From: Alphaproteobacteria bacterium
Lineage (GTDB): Bacteria > Pseudomonadota > Alphaproteobacteria > Micavibrionales > Micavibrionaceae
Assembly (NCBI GenBank): GCA_035904625.1
Contig: JAMHVA010000162.1
Span: 1 to 30,396, forward strand
Direction of reading: 5' to 3'
DNA length: 30,396 nt
Each line of letters begins with the position of its first letter. The stretch's first letter is position 1. Below the pieces are notes generated by a model. The model did no database searches and was not told the origin of the DNA. It worked only from the letters and a program-made list of their open reading frames with translations. The position numbers and the translations under genes are program-made. Shown here piece by piece: positions 9,204-18,401 of the stretch.

Positions 9204-9380
9204 GGCGAATTTCGGTGGGCGGGTTTCAGTATGGGGTCGTCAAGGCGGTTTTCAATACCTAGCAGGGAAATATGCTGGAATTATGACATGAGCACGGTGT
9301 TGCTGTGACGCCGGGCCTCTATTGCGCCTTGCTATTCTGGAAAAAGTCCGGCAGCATATTTCATTGTGGAGACTTCAATC

Positions 9381-10241
9381 ATGACAGATGCTCAGAAAAA
9401 ACGCCTATCCCTGTTCCTTGTCGCCGGATTTCTGATCGTCCTGATCGGGGGCGGTGTCGTGTTTTATGGCAGCGTCACGACGCTGACCAAGGCGGTTGTC
9501 GAACGGATCGCCAGCCGGGCACTTGATTCAAAGGTCCGGATTGATTCGCTGGACATCACGCCGGAAAAAGAACTGGTGACTCTGACCGGCATCACGATTG
9601 CCAACCCCAAGGGTTACAGTAACGGTACGGCGATTTCCATCGGCGCGATTGATATTGACGCCCGGAATTTAAGCCGCGAAGCGCTGGCATTTGAGGATAT
9701 CAAGGTCACCGGCATGAATATTCGTCTGGATGTCAGTGACACCGGAACCAATCTTTCGACATTACGCCAGAATGCGGTCACTTATGTGTCCACGCATAAG
9801 CCCGATGGCAAAGCGCGTGTCAGAACCGTGATCGACCATGTCGGTTTTACAGGAACGCGTCTGGAGCCACCGGTCAAGGACGCGATTGCCAAAGGGTATT
9901 CCCCGATGGTCCTGCCGGAAATTCATATGCGCGCGATCGGTCAGCAGGAAGGCGGCTTGCCGATCGAACAGGCCAGCGTTCAGGTGTTTGACTATGTGAT
10001 TGGTGTCGCCTTGCGCGCTGCCGCGCGTGAAGGTTATCTCGATTCCCTGTCTCCGGAAGTGCGTGACCAGATCGGCGTGAACCTAAGCCCGGGTCAGGAA
10101 ATTCTGGAAGACACAAAACAATTCCTGAAGCAGGCGGACTCGGAAGCGGAAATGCTGGGCAAGGAAATCAAGAAGATGTTCCGCAAAGATGATGTTCCGC
10201 CGCAACCCGCCCCGGCGCAACCGATACCGACGAACGAATAA
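9381..10241 (+). CDS. Hypothetical protein, single N-terminal TM anchor, AsmA-like
   Basis: The TM helix is followed by ERIASRALDSKVRIDSLDI...ITIANPKGY, reminiscent of AsmA-family N-termini. SD GGAG precedes ATG 9381. Confidence 0.55.
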   Translation: MTDAQKKRLSLFLVAGFLIVLIGGGVVFYGSVTTLTKAVVERIASRALDSKVRIDSLDITPEKELVTLTGITIANPKGYSNGTAISIGAIDIDARNLSREALAFEDIKVTGMNIRLDVSDTGTNLSTLRQNAVTYVSTHKPDGKARVRTVIDHVGFTGTRLEPPVKDAIAKGYSPMVLPEIHMRAIGQQEGGLPIEQASVQVFDYVIGVALRAAAREGYLDSLSPEVRDQIGVNLSPGQEILEDTKQFLKQADSEAEMLGKEIKKMFRKDDVPPQPAPAQPIPTNE

Positions 10242-10253
10242 GCGACCGTTCCC

Positions 10254-11624
10254 TTAGGCCGGGACGGGGCTGTATTCGTACCGGCGGCACAGGCGGTTGT
10301 TCGCGATGTGGAAACCGATGCCCGTTACGATATTGACCAGCGCCAGCGCGGCAAAAATTCCGGCAGGGCCATAATAATAACTGCCGAGGGCGGCGCCCGG
10401 GATCGTCAGTACGATCAGCTTCACAAAAATCATCACGAATGATTGTTTTGGTTTTCCCATGGCGTTGAAGGCCGAACTCCACCCCTGTACCAGATTGCCG
10501 AACGCATATGTGATCGGGATGACCCAGAAATAAAGTTTGGTGAGGGCGATGACGTCGGGATCGTCAGAGAACATACGCGCCAGCGGATCGGCCGCAGCAA
10601 TAAGAATGACAGCGACCCCCAGCGACCACCATGTGCAAAAACGGATCGCCTGATTCAGTGTTTCATGAACGCGGTCATACAGGCCCGCCCCCCAGTTCTG
10701 GCCGATGATCGGGGCCATGCCGATCGCCAGCGCCATGATGATAATAAAGACAAACGCCTCGATCCGGCTGGCGACGCCGAAAGCGGCGACGGCTTCGGTG
10801 CTGTGACTGGCCAGAAGGCCGGTCAGGAAAGCGCCGGTCGCGGGCTGGATGATGCTGGCGATGCTGACCGGGATGGCAATAATCAATAGTCTTTTGATTG
10901 AGTTTCCGAATAATTTCATGTGCAGACGGCTGCGGCTGATCATGCGCTTTTTGGCGTACAGGATATAAAATGCCGCCATCGAAGCGCCGATATTCGCCAG
11001 TAACGTGGCAATTGCCGCGCCCTGCACTTCCAGACGGGGAAACCCGAACAGGCCGAAGACCAGCAGCGGCGCAATCAGCGCGTTCAGAATAGCGGCTGTT
11101 GTCATGATCATCGCGGGTGTAAAAGTGTCGCCTGTGGCGCGCATCGCCGAATTGCCCACCATCGGGATGGTCAGGAAAATGCTGCCTGCGAACCAGATTG
11201 TCATGTAATCGCTGATAATCGGCATCATCGTATCGTCGGCGCCCATCGCGCGGAACAGCGGATTCATGAGTAACAGGCCGATGATCGCCATCACAATACC
11301 GCTTAAGAACGCAAAGATCAGGCTATGGGTGGCGATGCGGCGGACACGGCTGATGCTGCCGTTCCCCAACTGCCGCGACAAGACGGACGACGCAGCGATA
11401 CCTTGTGCCATGACCAGACTGAACAGAATATAGGTCACCGGGAACGTAAACGAAACGGCGGCCAGTTCTGCGGTTCCCAGCATTGATATGTACCAGGTAT
11501 CCACCAGCTGGAAGCTGATAATCGCCAGCAGACCCCAGATCATGGGGATCGTCAGGCGGATCAGGTGTCCGCGAACGGGGCCGTTGGTCAGGTCCCCTTT
11601 GAGGCTGTAATCAGGTGCACTCAT
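10254..11624 (-). CDS. MATE family efflux transporter
   Basis: GDLTNGPVRGHLIRLTIP, VDTWYISMLG, RATGDTFTP, NALIAPLLVFG...LEVQGAAIAT; about 12 TM segments. Confidence 0.92.
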   Translation of the reverse strand: MSAPDYSLKGDLTNGPVRGHLIRLTIPMIWGLLAIISFQLVDTWYISMLGTAELAAVSFTFPVTYILFSLVMAQGIAASSVLSRQLGNGSISRVRRIATHSLIFAFLSGIVMAIIGLLLMNPLFRAMGADDTMMPIISDYMTIWFAGSIFLTIPMVGNSAMRATGDTFTPAMIMTTAAILNALIAPLLVFGLFGFPRLEVQGAAIATLLANIGASMAAFYILYAKKRMISRSRLHMKLFGNSIKRLLIIAIPVSIASIIQPATGAFLTGLLASHSTEAVAAFGVASRIEAFVFIIIMALAIGMAPIIGQNWGAGLYDRVHETLNQAIRFCTWWSLGVAVILIAAADPLARMFSDDPDVIALTKLYFWVIPITYAFGNLVQGWSSAFNAMGKPKQSFVMIFVKLIVLTIPGAALGSYYYGPAGIFAALALVNIVTGIGFHIANNRLCRRYEYSPVPA

Positions 11625-11651
11625 TCTTCAATCTGCCTTTGCGGGCCGACC

Positions 11652-14600
11652 CTACTTGTTTTCCAGCTCTTTTTCCAGTTCTCTGGCGACATGTTCGGGC
11701 GAATTCGTCCGCCGGGCCATCAGGGCATAGAATGTCGGTACGATAAACAGGGTCAGGAAGGTCGAAAATGTCACCCCGGCTACGATCACGACCCCGATCG
11801 GGAAACGGCTTTCCGCCCCGGCCCCGGTGGTCAGCATCAGCGGCAACGCCCCGGCCACGGTGGCGATGGCCGTCATCAGGATCGGGCGGACGCGCTGCTC
11901 GCAGGCCTGCACTAACGCATCCATAAAGGCCACGCCCTTATCGCGCAACTGGTTGGCGAATTCGACGATCAGGATGCCATTCTTGGCGGCCAGCCCGATC
12001 AGCATGATCAGGCCGATCTGGGTATACACGTTCAGGGTTGAATCGGTCATATACAGGCCCCATAACGCGCCGACCAGCGCGAAGGGAATGGTGGTCATGA
12101 TGACGAACGGGTGGACGAAGCTTTCAAACTGCGCCGCCAGAATCAGGAACACGGCGATCAGCGCCAGAATAAACGTGGCGTAGACAGCGCTGCCTGTGTC
12201 TTTCAGTTTCTTCGATTCACCCTTGTAATCGATCTGTGCTTCCGCCGGCAGAACCTCGCGGGCGCGGTCTTCCAGATAGTTCAGGGCTTCACCCAGTGTG
12301 TAACCCGGTCCGACGTTTGCCGATATCGTAATCGCGCGCAGGCGGTTATAGCGGTTCAGTGACCCGGCATCGGCGGTTTCGCGGATCGAGATGATATTCG
12401 ATAGCGGGATCAGCGTTCCTGTCGTTTCTGAACGGACATAGGCATTGGTCAGATCAGCGGGCTTCAGGCGGTCCTGATCGCGCGCTTGCAGGATCACGTC
12501 ATATTCCTGACCGCGGTCGATATAGGTCGTGACTTCGCTTGAACCGAACAATGTTTGCAGCGTCCTGCCGATCTGCTGTGTGGAGATGCCGAGATCAGCG
12601 GCGCGCGTCACGTCGATATTGATACGCATCTGCGGCTGGGTTTCCTTGTAATCATAATCGATATTGATCAGGTTCGGGTTCTTGCGGGCTTCCTCCAGCA
12701 ATAGGTCGCGCCAGGCAACCAGTTCTTCGTAATTGGTGCCGCCGATCACGAACTGCACGGGCGTACTGTTGGCGCTACCGCCGCCCAGGCTGGCGGGCAT
12801 GTTGGGAATCGCGTTGACGCCGGGAATTTGCGAGAGCTTCGCGCTGATCTCACCGACAATATCTTTTACGTGGCGGCGTTCGCCCCAGGGTACCAGTCTT
12901 GTGACGGCCATACCGCCGTTCACGCCTGTGCTGCCGCCAAAGCCGGGGACAAGGGCGATCACGGTTTCCGCTTCACCTTTTTCTCTCAGCTTTATCAGCT
13001 CGGCTTCGATCAGTTGCATGTTGCGGATCGAATATTCAAAGCTCGATCCTTCCGGCCCGATCATCCGCGTATAAAATACGCCGCGGTCTTCACGCGGTGC
13101 GAATTCGGATGGGATATTGCTGATGAAAAACCACCCGGCCATGCACATCACCGCCATCACCAAAATCGGAACAACCGGCTTGCGGCAGCAATACAGCACG
13201 GCGGCGGTATAGGCGGGCATGGAATCATCGATCAGGCGGTTGACGCTACGCGGGATCAGGCTCAATTTTTTGTCATGCGGGCGCTGTTTCAGGATTTTGG
13301 AACACATGACAGGTGTCAGGCTGAGCGCGGCAACGCAGGAGAACAAGACCGATGCCGCCATCGCCCATGCAAATTCGGTGAACAGGCGGCCAATATCACC
13401 CGGCATGAATGTGATCGGCAGGAACACCATCACCAGAACCATGGTGGTGGCCAGAACGGCAAACCCGACCTGACGCGTGCCTAGAAATGCCGATGCCAGT
13501 GGCGGCTTGCCTTCCTCGATCCGTTTGTAAACGTTTTCAAGCACGACGATGGCGTCATCCACCACAAGGCCGATGGCCAGAATCAGGGCCAGAATGGTCA
13601 CAAGGTTGATGGAATATCCCATGGCATACAGGGCCATAAACGACCCGATCAGCGATACGGGGATGGTGATGGCCGGGATCATGGTCGCGCGCATATCACC
13701 CAGGAATGACCAGATCACAGCCACAACCAGAAATAATGTGATCGCCAGCGTCAGATAGACCTCGTGGATGGCGGCTTCAATAAACAAAGAGGCATCGAAA
13801 ACGATGGAGGCGCTCATCGCCGCCGGCAGCGTTGCCTTCACATTTTCGACTTCCTTGCTGACGGCGCGGGACACCGCCAGCGTGTTGGCGTTGGATTGCT
13901 TGGTGATGCCGATCCCCACCGTGGCGCGGCCATTGGCTTTCATTGACGAACGTTCATTCTCGGCGCCGGTTTCGATCCGGGCGACATCGGACAGGCGGGT
14001 CAGGTATCCGTCATTGCCGCGCTTGATAACCAGATCACGGAAATCGTCCGGCTTGCTGTATACGCGCTCGACACGGACGGTGAATTCTCGGTCCAGTGAT
14101 TCAACACGGCCCGCGGGCAGCTCGACATTCTCGCGCTGCAGAGCGGTTTCAATATCCTGCACCGTGATGCCGCGTGCGGCCATTTCGTTGCGGTTCAGCC
14201 ATAGCCTGATTGCATAACGGCGTTCACCGCCGATCCGGATATCGGCTACGCCGTCGATGACCGAGAATTTATCGGTGAGGTAGCGGTCAACATAATCAGT
14301 CAGTTCCAGACTGTTCATCACATCGCTTTGCAACGCGATCCACATGATCGGGCTGGCGTCGGCGTCCTGTTTGGAAATTTGCGGCGTATCGACTTCATCG
14401 GGCAGGCGGCTCAAGACCCGGTTCACGCGGTCGCGCACGTCGTTGGCGGCCGCGTCGATATCGCGCGAGATTTCGAATTCAATCGAAATGCTGGATGATC
14501 CGTCCGATGATTGCGATGTAATCGATTTGATTCCCTCGATCCCGCTGACGCTGTCCTCAATCACTTGCGTGATGCGGGTCTCGACGACATTGGCGGCAGC

Positions 14601-14759
14601 ACCCGTATAGTTTGTGCGCACTGATACAATCGGGGCGTCAATATCCGGGTATTCCCTTAAAGGGAGGCGCTGGAAACTGATAATACCGAAAATGACGATC
14701 AGAAGGCTGATAACGATGGCAAAGACGGGCCGCCGGACAGATACATCGGACAGGATCAT
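11652..14759 (-). CDS. RND efflux permease (AcrB/AcrD/AcrF family)
   Basis: 1035 aa with the proton-relay motifs GLVVDDAIVVLEN, GLAAKNGILIVEF and RVRPILMT. Confidence 0.95.
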   Translation of the reverse strand: MILSDVSVRRPVFAIVISLLIVIFGIISFQRLPLREYPDIDAPIVSVRTNYTGAAANVVETRITQVIEDSVSGIEGIKSITSQSSDGSSSISIEFEISRDIDAAANDVRDRVNRVLSRLPDEVDTPQISKQDADASPIMWIALQSDVMNSLELTDYVDRYLTDKFSVIDGVADIRIGGERRYAIRLWLNRNEMAARGITVQDIETALQRENVELPAGRVESLDREFTVRVERVYSKPDDFRDLVIKRGNDGYLTRLSDVARIETGAENERSSMKANGRATVGIGITKQSNANTLAVSRAVSKEVENVKATLPAAMSASIVFDASLFIEAAIHEVYLTLAITLFLVVAVIWSFLGDMRATMIPAITIPVSLIGSFMALYAMGYSINLVTILALILAIGLVVDDAIVVLENVYKRIEEGKPPLASAFLGTRQVGFAVLATTMVLVMVFLPITFMPGDIGRLFTEFAWAMAASVLFSCVAALSLTPVMCSKILKQRPHDKKLSLIPRSVNRLIDDSMPAYTAAVLYCCRKPVVPILVMAVMCMAGWFFISNIPSEFAPREDRGVFYTRMIGPEGSSFEYSIRNMQLIEAELIKLREKGEAETVIALVPGFGGSTGVNGGMAVTRLVPWGERRHVKDIVGEISAKLSQIPGVNAIPNMPASLGGGSANSTPVQFVIGGTNYEELVAWRDLLLEEARKNPNLINIDYDYKETQPQMRINIDVTRAADLGISTQQIGRTLQTLFGSSEVTTYIDRGQEYDVILQARDQDRLKPADLTNAYVRSETTGTLIPLSNIISIRETADAGSLNRYNRLRAITISANVGPGYTLGEALNYLEDRAREVLPAEAQIDYKGESKKLKDTGSAVYATFILALIAVFLILAAQFESFVHPFVIMTTIPFALVGALWGLYMTDSTLNVYTQIGLIMLIGLAAKNGILIVEFANQLRDKGVAFMDALVQACEQRVRPILMTAIATVAGALPLMLTTGAGAESRFPIGVVIVAGVTFSTFLTLFIVPTFYALMARRTNSPEHVARELEKELENK

Positions 14760-15835
14760 CGCAGCGCTTCCTGTTTACGCGGATTGGCGACGGCTGTGGC
14801 CGCATCGACCATCTCGTCAATGGTGACGGTCTTTGTAATCTCGACCGGGTTTCCGGGACGGACCTTCATAAGCCCCTCGGCAACAATGGTGTCGCCCTCT
14901 TTCAGTCCCTCAAGAACTTCCACGTATCCGGCCTCGCGCGTGCCGATCCTGACCGGCTGAGGGGTGGCTTTCTTGTCGGCGCCGATCACATAAACTTTGT
15001 GTTCGTTACCCTGCTGAATGATGGCGGATTCAGGAATACTGAGCGCTGCGCGCTCATTTTTCACGACGCTGACGGTCATCAGCAGTCCGGGTTTCAGCGA
15101 TCCATCGGTGTTATCGATTTCCGCTTTCAGCGAAATGGCGCGCGTGGCCGGATTGATGCCGGGATCGATGGTCGAGATCTTGCCGGTAAAAACTTTATCG
15201 GGCCAGGCTTCGGTACGGGCCTGAATTTCCAGCCCCGGCTTTAAGACCGACAGATAGGCTTCAGGCAGCGTGAACTCCAGTTTGATCGGATCGATATCGT
15301 ACACGGATGTCACGATCATGCCGGGTGTAACCAGATCGCCGAGGCTGACGTTGCGAAATCCGGTCAGGCCATCAAAGGGCGCGATGATCTGCCGGTCATT
15401 GACGCGGGCCTGGGCGACCTTCAGCGCGGCAGCGCTGGAATCACGCTGGGCGATGCTGGTGGCGTTCGTCTTGGCCAGTTCGGTGTAACGGGTGGCGGTT
15501 TTTTCGGCGTCTTCCAGTTCGGCTCTCTCCTCCTCATCGTTCAACTGGATCAGAACGGTCCCGGCGGTGACCGCCGTACCCTCTTCAAAATTGATGGCGG
15601 TCACGGTGTCGGATGCGGTGGCGGTCAGGGTGGCGGCTTCGGCGGCTTGCGCGGTGCCGACGGCTTCCATACGGTCGGCGAACGGGCGGCTGGCGACGGT
15701 ATAGGCGATAATACCGGGGGTGCCCGGGCCCTTCTTTTCGGCAGCACCCTGATCCGTGATCGCTTTATAGGCTGTCCCCCCTGCCAGAGCGGCGGCGGCA
15801 AGAATGACGAAAATCAGAGCGATGCGTCGTTTCAT
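14756..15835 (-). CDS. RND periplasmic adaptor (membrane fusion protein)
   Basis: N-terminal anchor, lipoyl halves (IIAPFDG; GDLVTPG), LKPGLLM and VEVLEGLKEGDTIV; ATGA overlap with the RND gene. Confidence 0.93.
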   Translation of the reverse strand: MKRRIALIFVILAAAALAGGTAYKAITDQGAAEKKGPGTPGIIAYTVASRPFADRMEAVGTAQAAEAATLTATASDTVTAINFEEGTAVTAGTVLIQLNDEEERAELEDAEKTATRYTELAKTNATSIAQRDSSAAALKVAQARVNDRQIIAPFDGLTGFRNVSLGDLVTPGMIVTSVYDIDPIKLEFTLPEAYLSVLKPGLEIQARTEAWPDKVFTGKISTIDPGINPATRAISLKAEIDNTDGSLKPGLLMTVSVVKNERAALSIPESAIIQQGNEHKVYVIGADKKATPQPVRIGTREAGYVEVLEGLKEGDTIVAEGLMKVRPGNPVEITKTVTIDEMVDAATAVANPRKQEALR

Positions 15836-16177
15836 GGGGGTCCTGTCAAAAAATAAACAATAATGTCAGCAAGATAGTATGGCGAAAGCCGATATCAAAC
15901 GGAAACGCTTAATTTGTGTCGCCGGGTTTGCCATACGCCGATAAATATCGACTAACTACCTGATTTATAATATTAAATTTCCATACTCTGACCCTTTGCG
16001 GGGTCAAGGTAAAAGCGCGCCCGTAAATAAGTCTGAAATTTTACATAAATTTTTAACAAGATTGTGAGATTCTGGATATTGGGGACTATCCAAACAACTG
16101 TAAGGACTAAAAGCGCTCATACCGGGACCTGCTGATCCGAGGGGCACTTTTACTGCGTAGGGGAAAGACTTTAAACA

Positions 16178-18259
16178 ATGGCTGACGTCAACGGCACGAA
16201 CGGCAATGACTTCCTGAATTTTTCGGGATCGCTGACAACGATCACCGGCACCTATACGAACCCCTATACCGGTCAGACTGTGACCGTCAATGACACCTAT
16301 AATCTGACCAATCTGACCTATGATGGCCGCAACGGCACTGACACTCTGGTGATGTCGAACAACGGTGATGCCATCTTCGCCACCAACACTTTCGGCCAGC
16401 AGACCCTCACGAGCGTCGAACGCATTTTCGCGGGTGACGGCGGCGACCTGATCATGCTGGCGCACCCCACGGTCGTTTACGGCAGTATGCTGATCGATGG
16501 CGGCGGATCTGACGATATCATCTGGGCGAATGCCGGTGACGACACCATCAACGCACGCGCCGGTGATGACAATGTCGATGGCGGTCTGGGCTCTGATTAT
16601 ATCAGCGGTATGGAGGGGAATGATTTTCTCTCCGGCGGTTTCGGTGCTGATTATGCCGATGGCGGCACCGGTAACGACACGCTCCAATACGTGGCCGATT
16701 CTGTATGGGCTGCCGGGTTCATGACGGTCAATGCAGAAACCGGCGATCTGGTGGATCTGGCCGGACTGAACCGCAGTTTCGATACATTTGCCGGCGGTGA
16801 CGATGTGGACGGCGTGATCATGACGGACGGCGATGACGCGCTGATCCTTGATGACCCTTCCAGCCCGGTGCACGCATCGGGCGACGGCCAGCGCCTGACC
16901 GGGATCGAAGTGATCGATGCCGGCGATGGCAATGATGTCGTCAACCTCAGCAGCATGAATTTCTCGCTGGGCGATATCACGGTTCTGGGCGGCTTCGGCA
17001 ACGACACGATCTGGAGCTCCTCCGGCAACGATACGCTGGATGGTGGTGCCGGGAATGACTGGCTTTATGGCGGCAGCGGCGATGATGTTATCCGTGGCGG
17101 CCCGATAGCAGGACCCGGCACGGTCAACTACTACCAGCTTCAGCATACCTTCTATAGCCAGCTGCTGTTTCCGCAAATGCAGGAAGGGCAAGCCATCACG
17201 CCGGAACAGCAGCCCAATCTCGGCATCCAGCCTGATGACCTGAATGTCAGCTTTGAAACCACCGTCCGGATGACGTTCGTGGGAACGGACGCCGGGTATA
17301 AAAACTCTTTGGGCTTCTATCGCGTGAACGGCGCGGGTGAACTGATCGATGTGCATATGGCCTTCGCCAACGCCAAGAGCGTGAGCGCCGGGACCACATA
17401 TACGCTGGAGCTGGACGGCCAGACCGGCAGCGATTTTGGCCTGTTCATCATATCGAACGGTTATAACGCGAATGCCAGTTATGCCGGGGTTAATTTTGCC
17501 ACCGGCGAAATGAACTTCGTCTATCACAACGGCCTCGGTGACGAACGTATTGCGACCATTTACGACGCCGCCGCCGATGTCAGTCTGATCTGGACTGATG
17601 GTGTCATAGAACGCACGCTGATGGGGCCGATTTACCATACGACGCCGCGCAATGGCGACAATCATATCAATCCTGATAACGCGCAGCATGTCATCTCCGG
17701 TGTTCTCGATCCTGATGACCCGACGACTCTGCGCGTCGGGTTCGAAGATCTGCCCAATCTGGGCGATGCGGATTATAACGATGTCACGATGGATATCAGC
17801 ATCGAAGACCGCACGATTGCCGTTCCGGCATTCGATGACGACGATTATCTGGTCGGCGGTGGCGGTAACGATACGATTTATGGCGGTATCGGCAACGATA
17901 TTATCGCCGGTGGTGACGGTGCCGATCATCTGTACGGTGAGCAGGGTGAAGATATTTTCGTGCTCGACGTTCTGGATGGCTTCTTTGACACCATCCATGA
18001 TTTCTCGATGGGGGTCGAGGACGACTCCATCAATATTTATGACGTGTTGCAGGGCTATGACCCGTTAAGCGACGCGATTGACGATTTTGTCCGTCTGACA
18101 GGCGCAGGTGCCGACGTGATGCTCGAGATCAATGCCACAGGAAACCCGGCAGATGCCTTTGTTTCCGCGGCGCTGATCGTGGGTGGTTTCGGCGGTGCCT
18201 CGGTTGCCGACCTGCTGGCCGATGGCCATCTGGTGGCGGACAAGAGTGCAATCGCCTGA
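16178..18259 (+). CDS. RTX-type calcium-binding secreted protein with DUF4114-like domain and T1SS C-terminal target domain
   Basis: Many GGxGxD nonapeptides; GFYRV...GFEDLPNLGDADYNDV (DUF4114-like, about 17250-17800); C-terminal DTIHDFSMG...DSINIYDVLQG secretion-signal-type region; no Sec signal peptide. Confidence 0.85.
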   Translation: MADVNGTNGNDFLNFSGSLTTITGTYTNPYTGQTVTVNDTYNLTNLTYDGRNGTDTLVMSNNGDAIFATNTFGQQTLTSVERIFAGDGGDLIMLAHPTVVYGSMLIDGGGSDDIIWANAGDDTINARAGDDNVDGGLGSDYISGMEGNDFLSGGFGADYADGGTGNDTLQYVADSVWAAGFMTVNAETGDLVDLAGLNRSFDTFAGGDDVDGVIMTDGDDALILDDPSSPVHASGDGQRLTGIEVIDAGDGNDVVNLSSMNFSLGDITVLGGFGNDTIWSSSGNDTLDGGAGNDWLYGGSGDDVIRGGPIAGPGTVNYYQLQHTFYSQLLFPQMQEGQAITPEQQPNLGIQPDDLNVSFETTVRMTFVGTDAGYKNSLGFYRVNGAGELIDVHMAFANAKSVSAGTTYTLELDGQTGSDFGLFIISNGYNANASYAGVNFATGEMNFVYHNGLGDERIATIYDAAADVSLIWTDGVIERTLMGPIYHTTPRNGDNHINPDNAQHVISGVLDPDDPTTLRVGFEDLPNLGDADYNDVTMDISIEDRTIAVPAFDDDDYLVGGGGNDTIYGGIGNDIIAGGDGADHLYGEQGEDIFVLDVLDGFFDTIHDFSMGVEDDSINIYDVLQGYDPLSDAIDDFVRLTGAGADVMLEINATGNPADAFVSAALIVGGFGGASVADLLADGHLVADKSAIA

Positions 18260-18331
18260 TGACCATAGGAGGGGACGCGATGTAAGTCAGGCTAAAGAGT
18301 TGCTGTTTCTGCGACTGAAGGAACAGCGCCG

Positions 18332-18374
18332 ATCGCGGGGCCATCCACCCATCCGGCCCCGCGATTTTATTTTT
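18332..18374 (+). terminator. Rho-independent terminator of the RTX gene
   Basis: Perfect 11-bp stem ATCGCGGGGCC/GGCCCCGCGAT, 12-nt loop, followed by TTTATTTTT. Confidence 0.8.
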
Positions 18375-18401
18375 CTGATTCTTCGTGATACAGTCGCCGC
18401 C

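Noticed and set aside
16030-16060. CtrA boxes upstream of the RTX and adhesin genes
   Set aside because: Only half-sites or wrong spacing (for example TTAC-N8-TTAA); no TTAA-N7-TTAA.
16004-17998. 664-aa antisense ORF
   Set aside because: It is the exact-frame shadow of the RTX gene; there are no motifs, and open antisense frames are expected with this codon bias.
18183-18401. N-terminal extension of the RsmC-like ORF
   Set aside because: It overlaps the RTX gene end and crosses a strong terminator; homology starts after ATG 18402.
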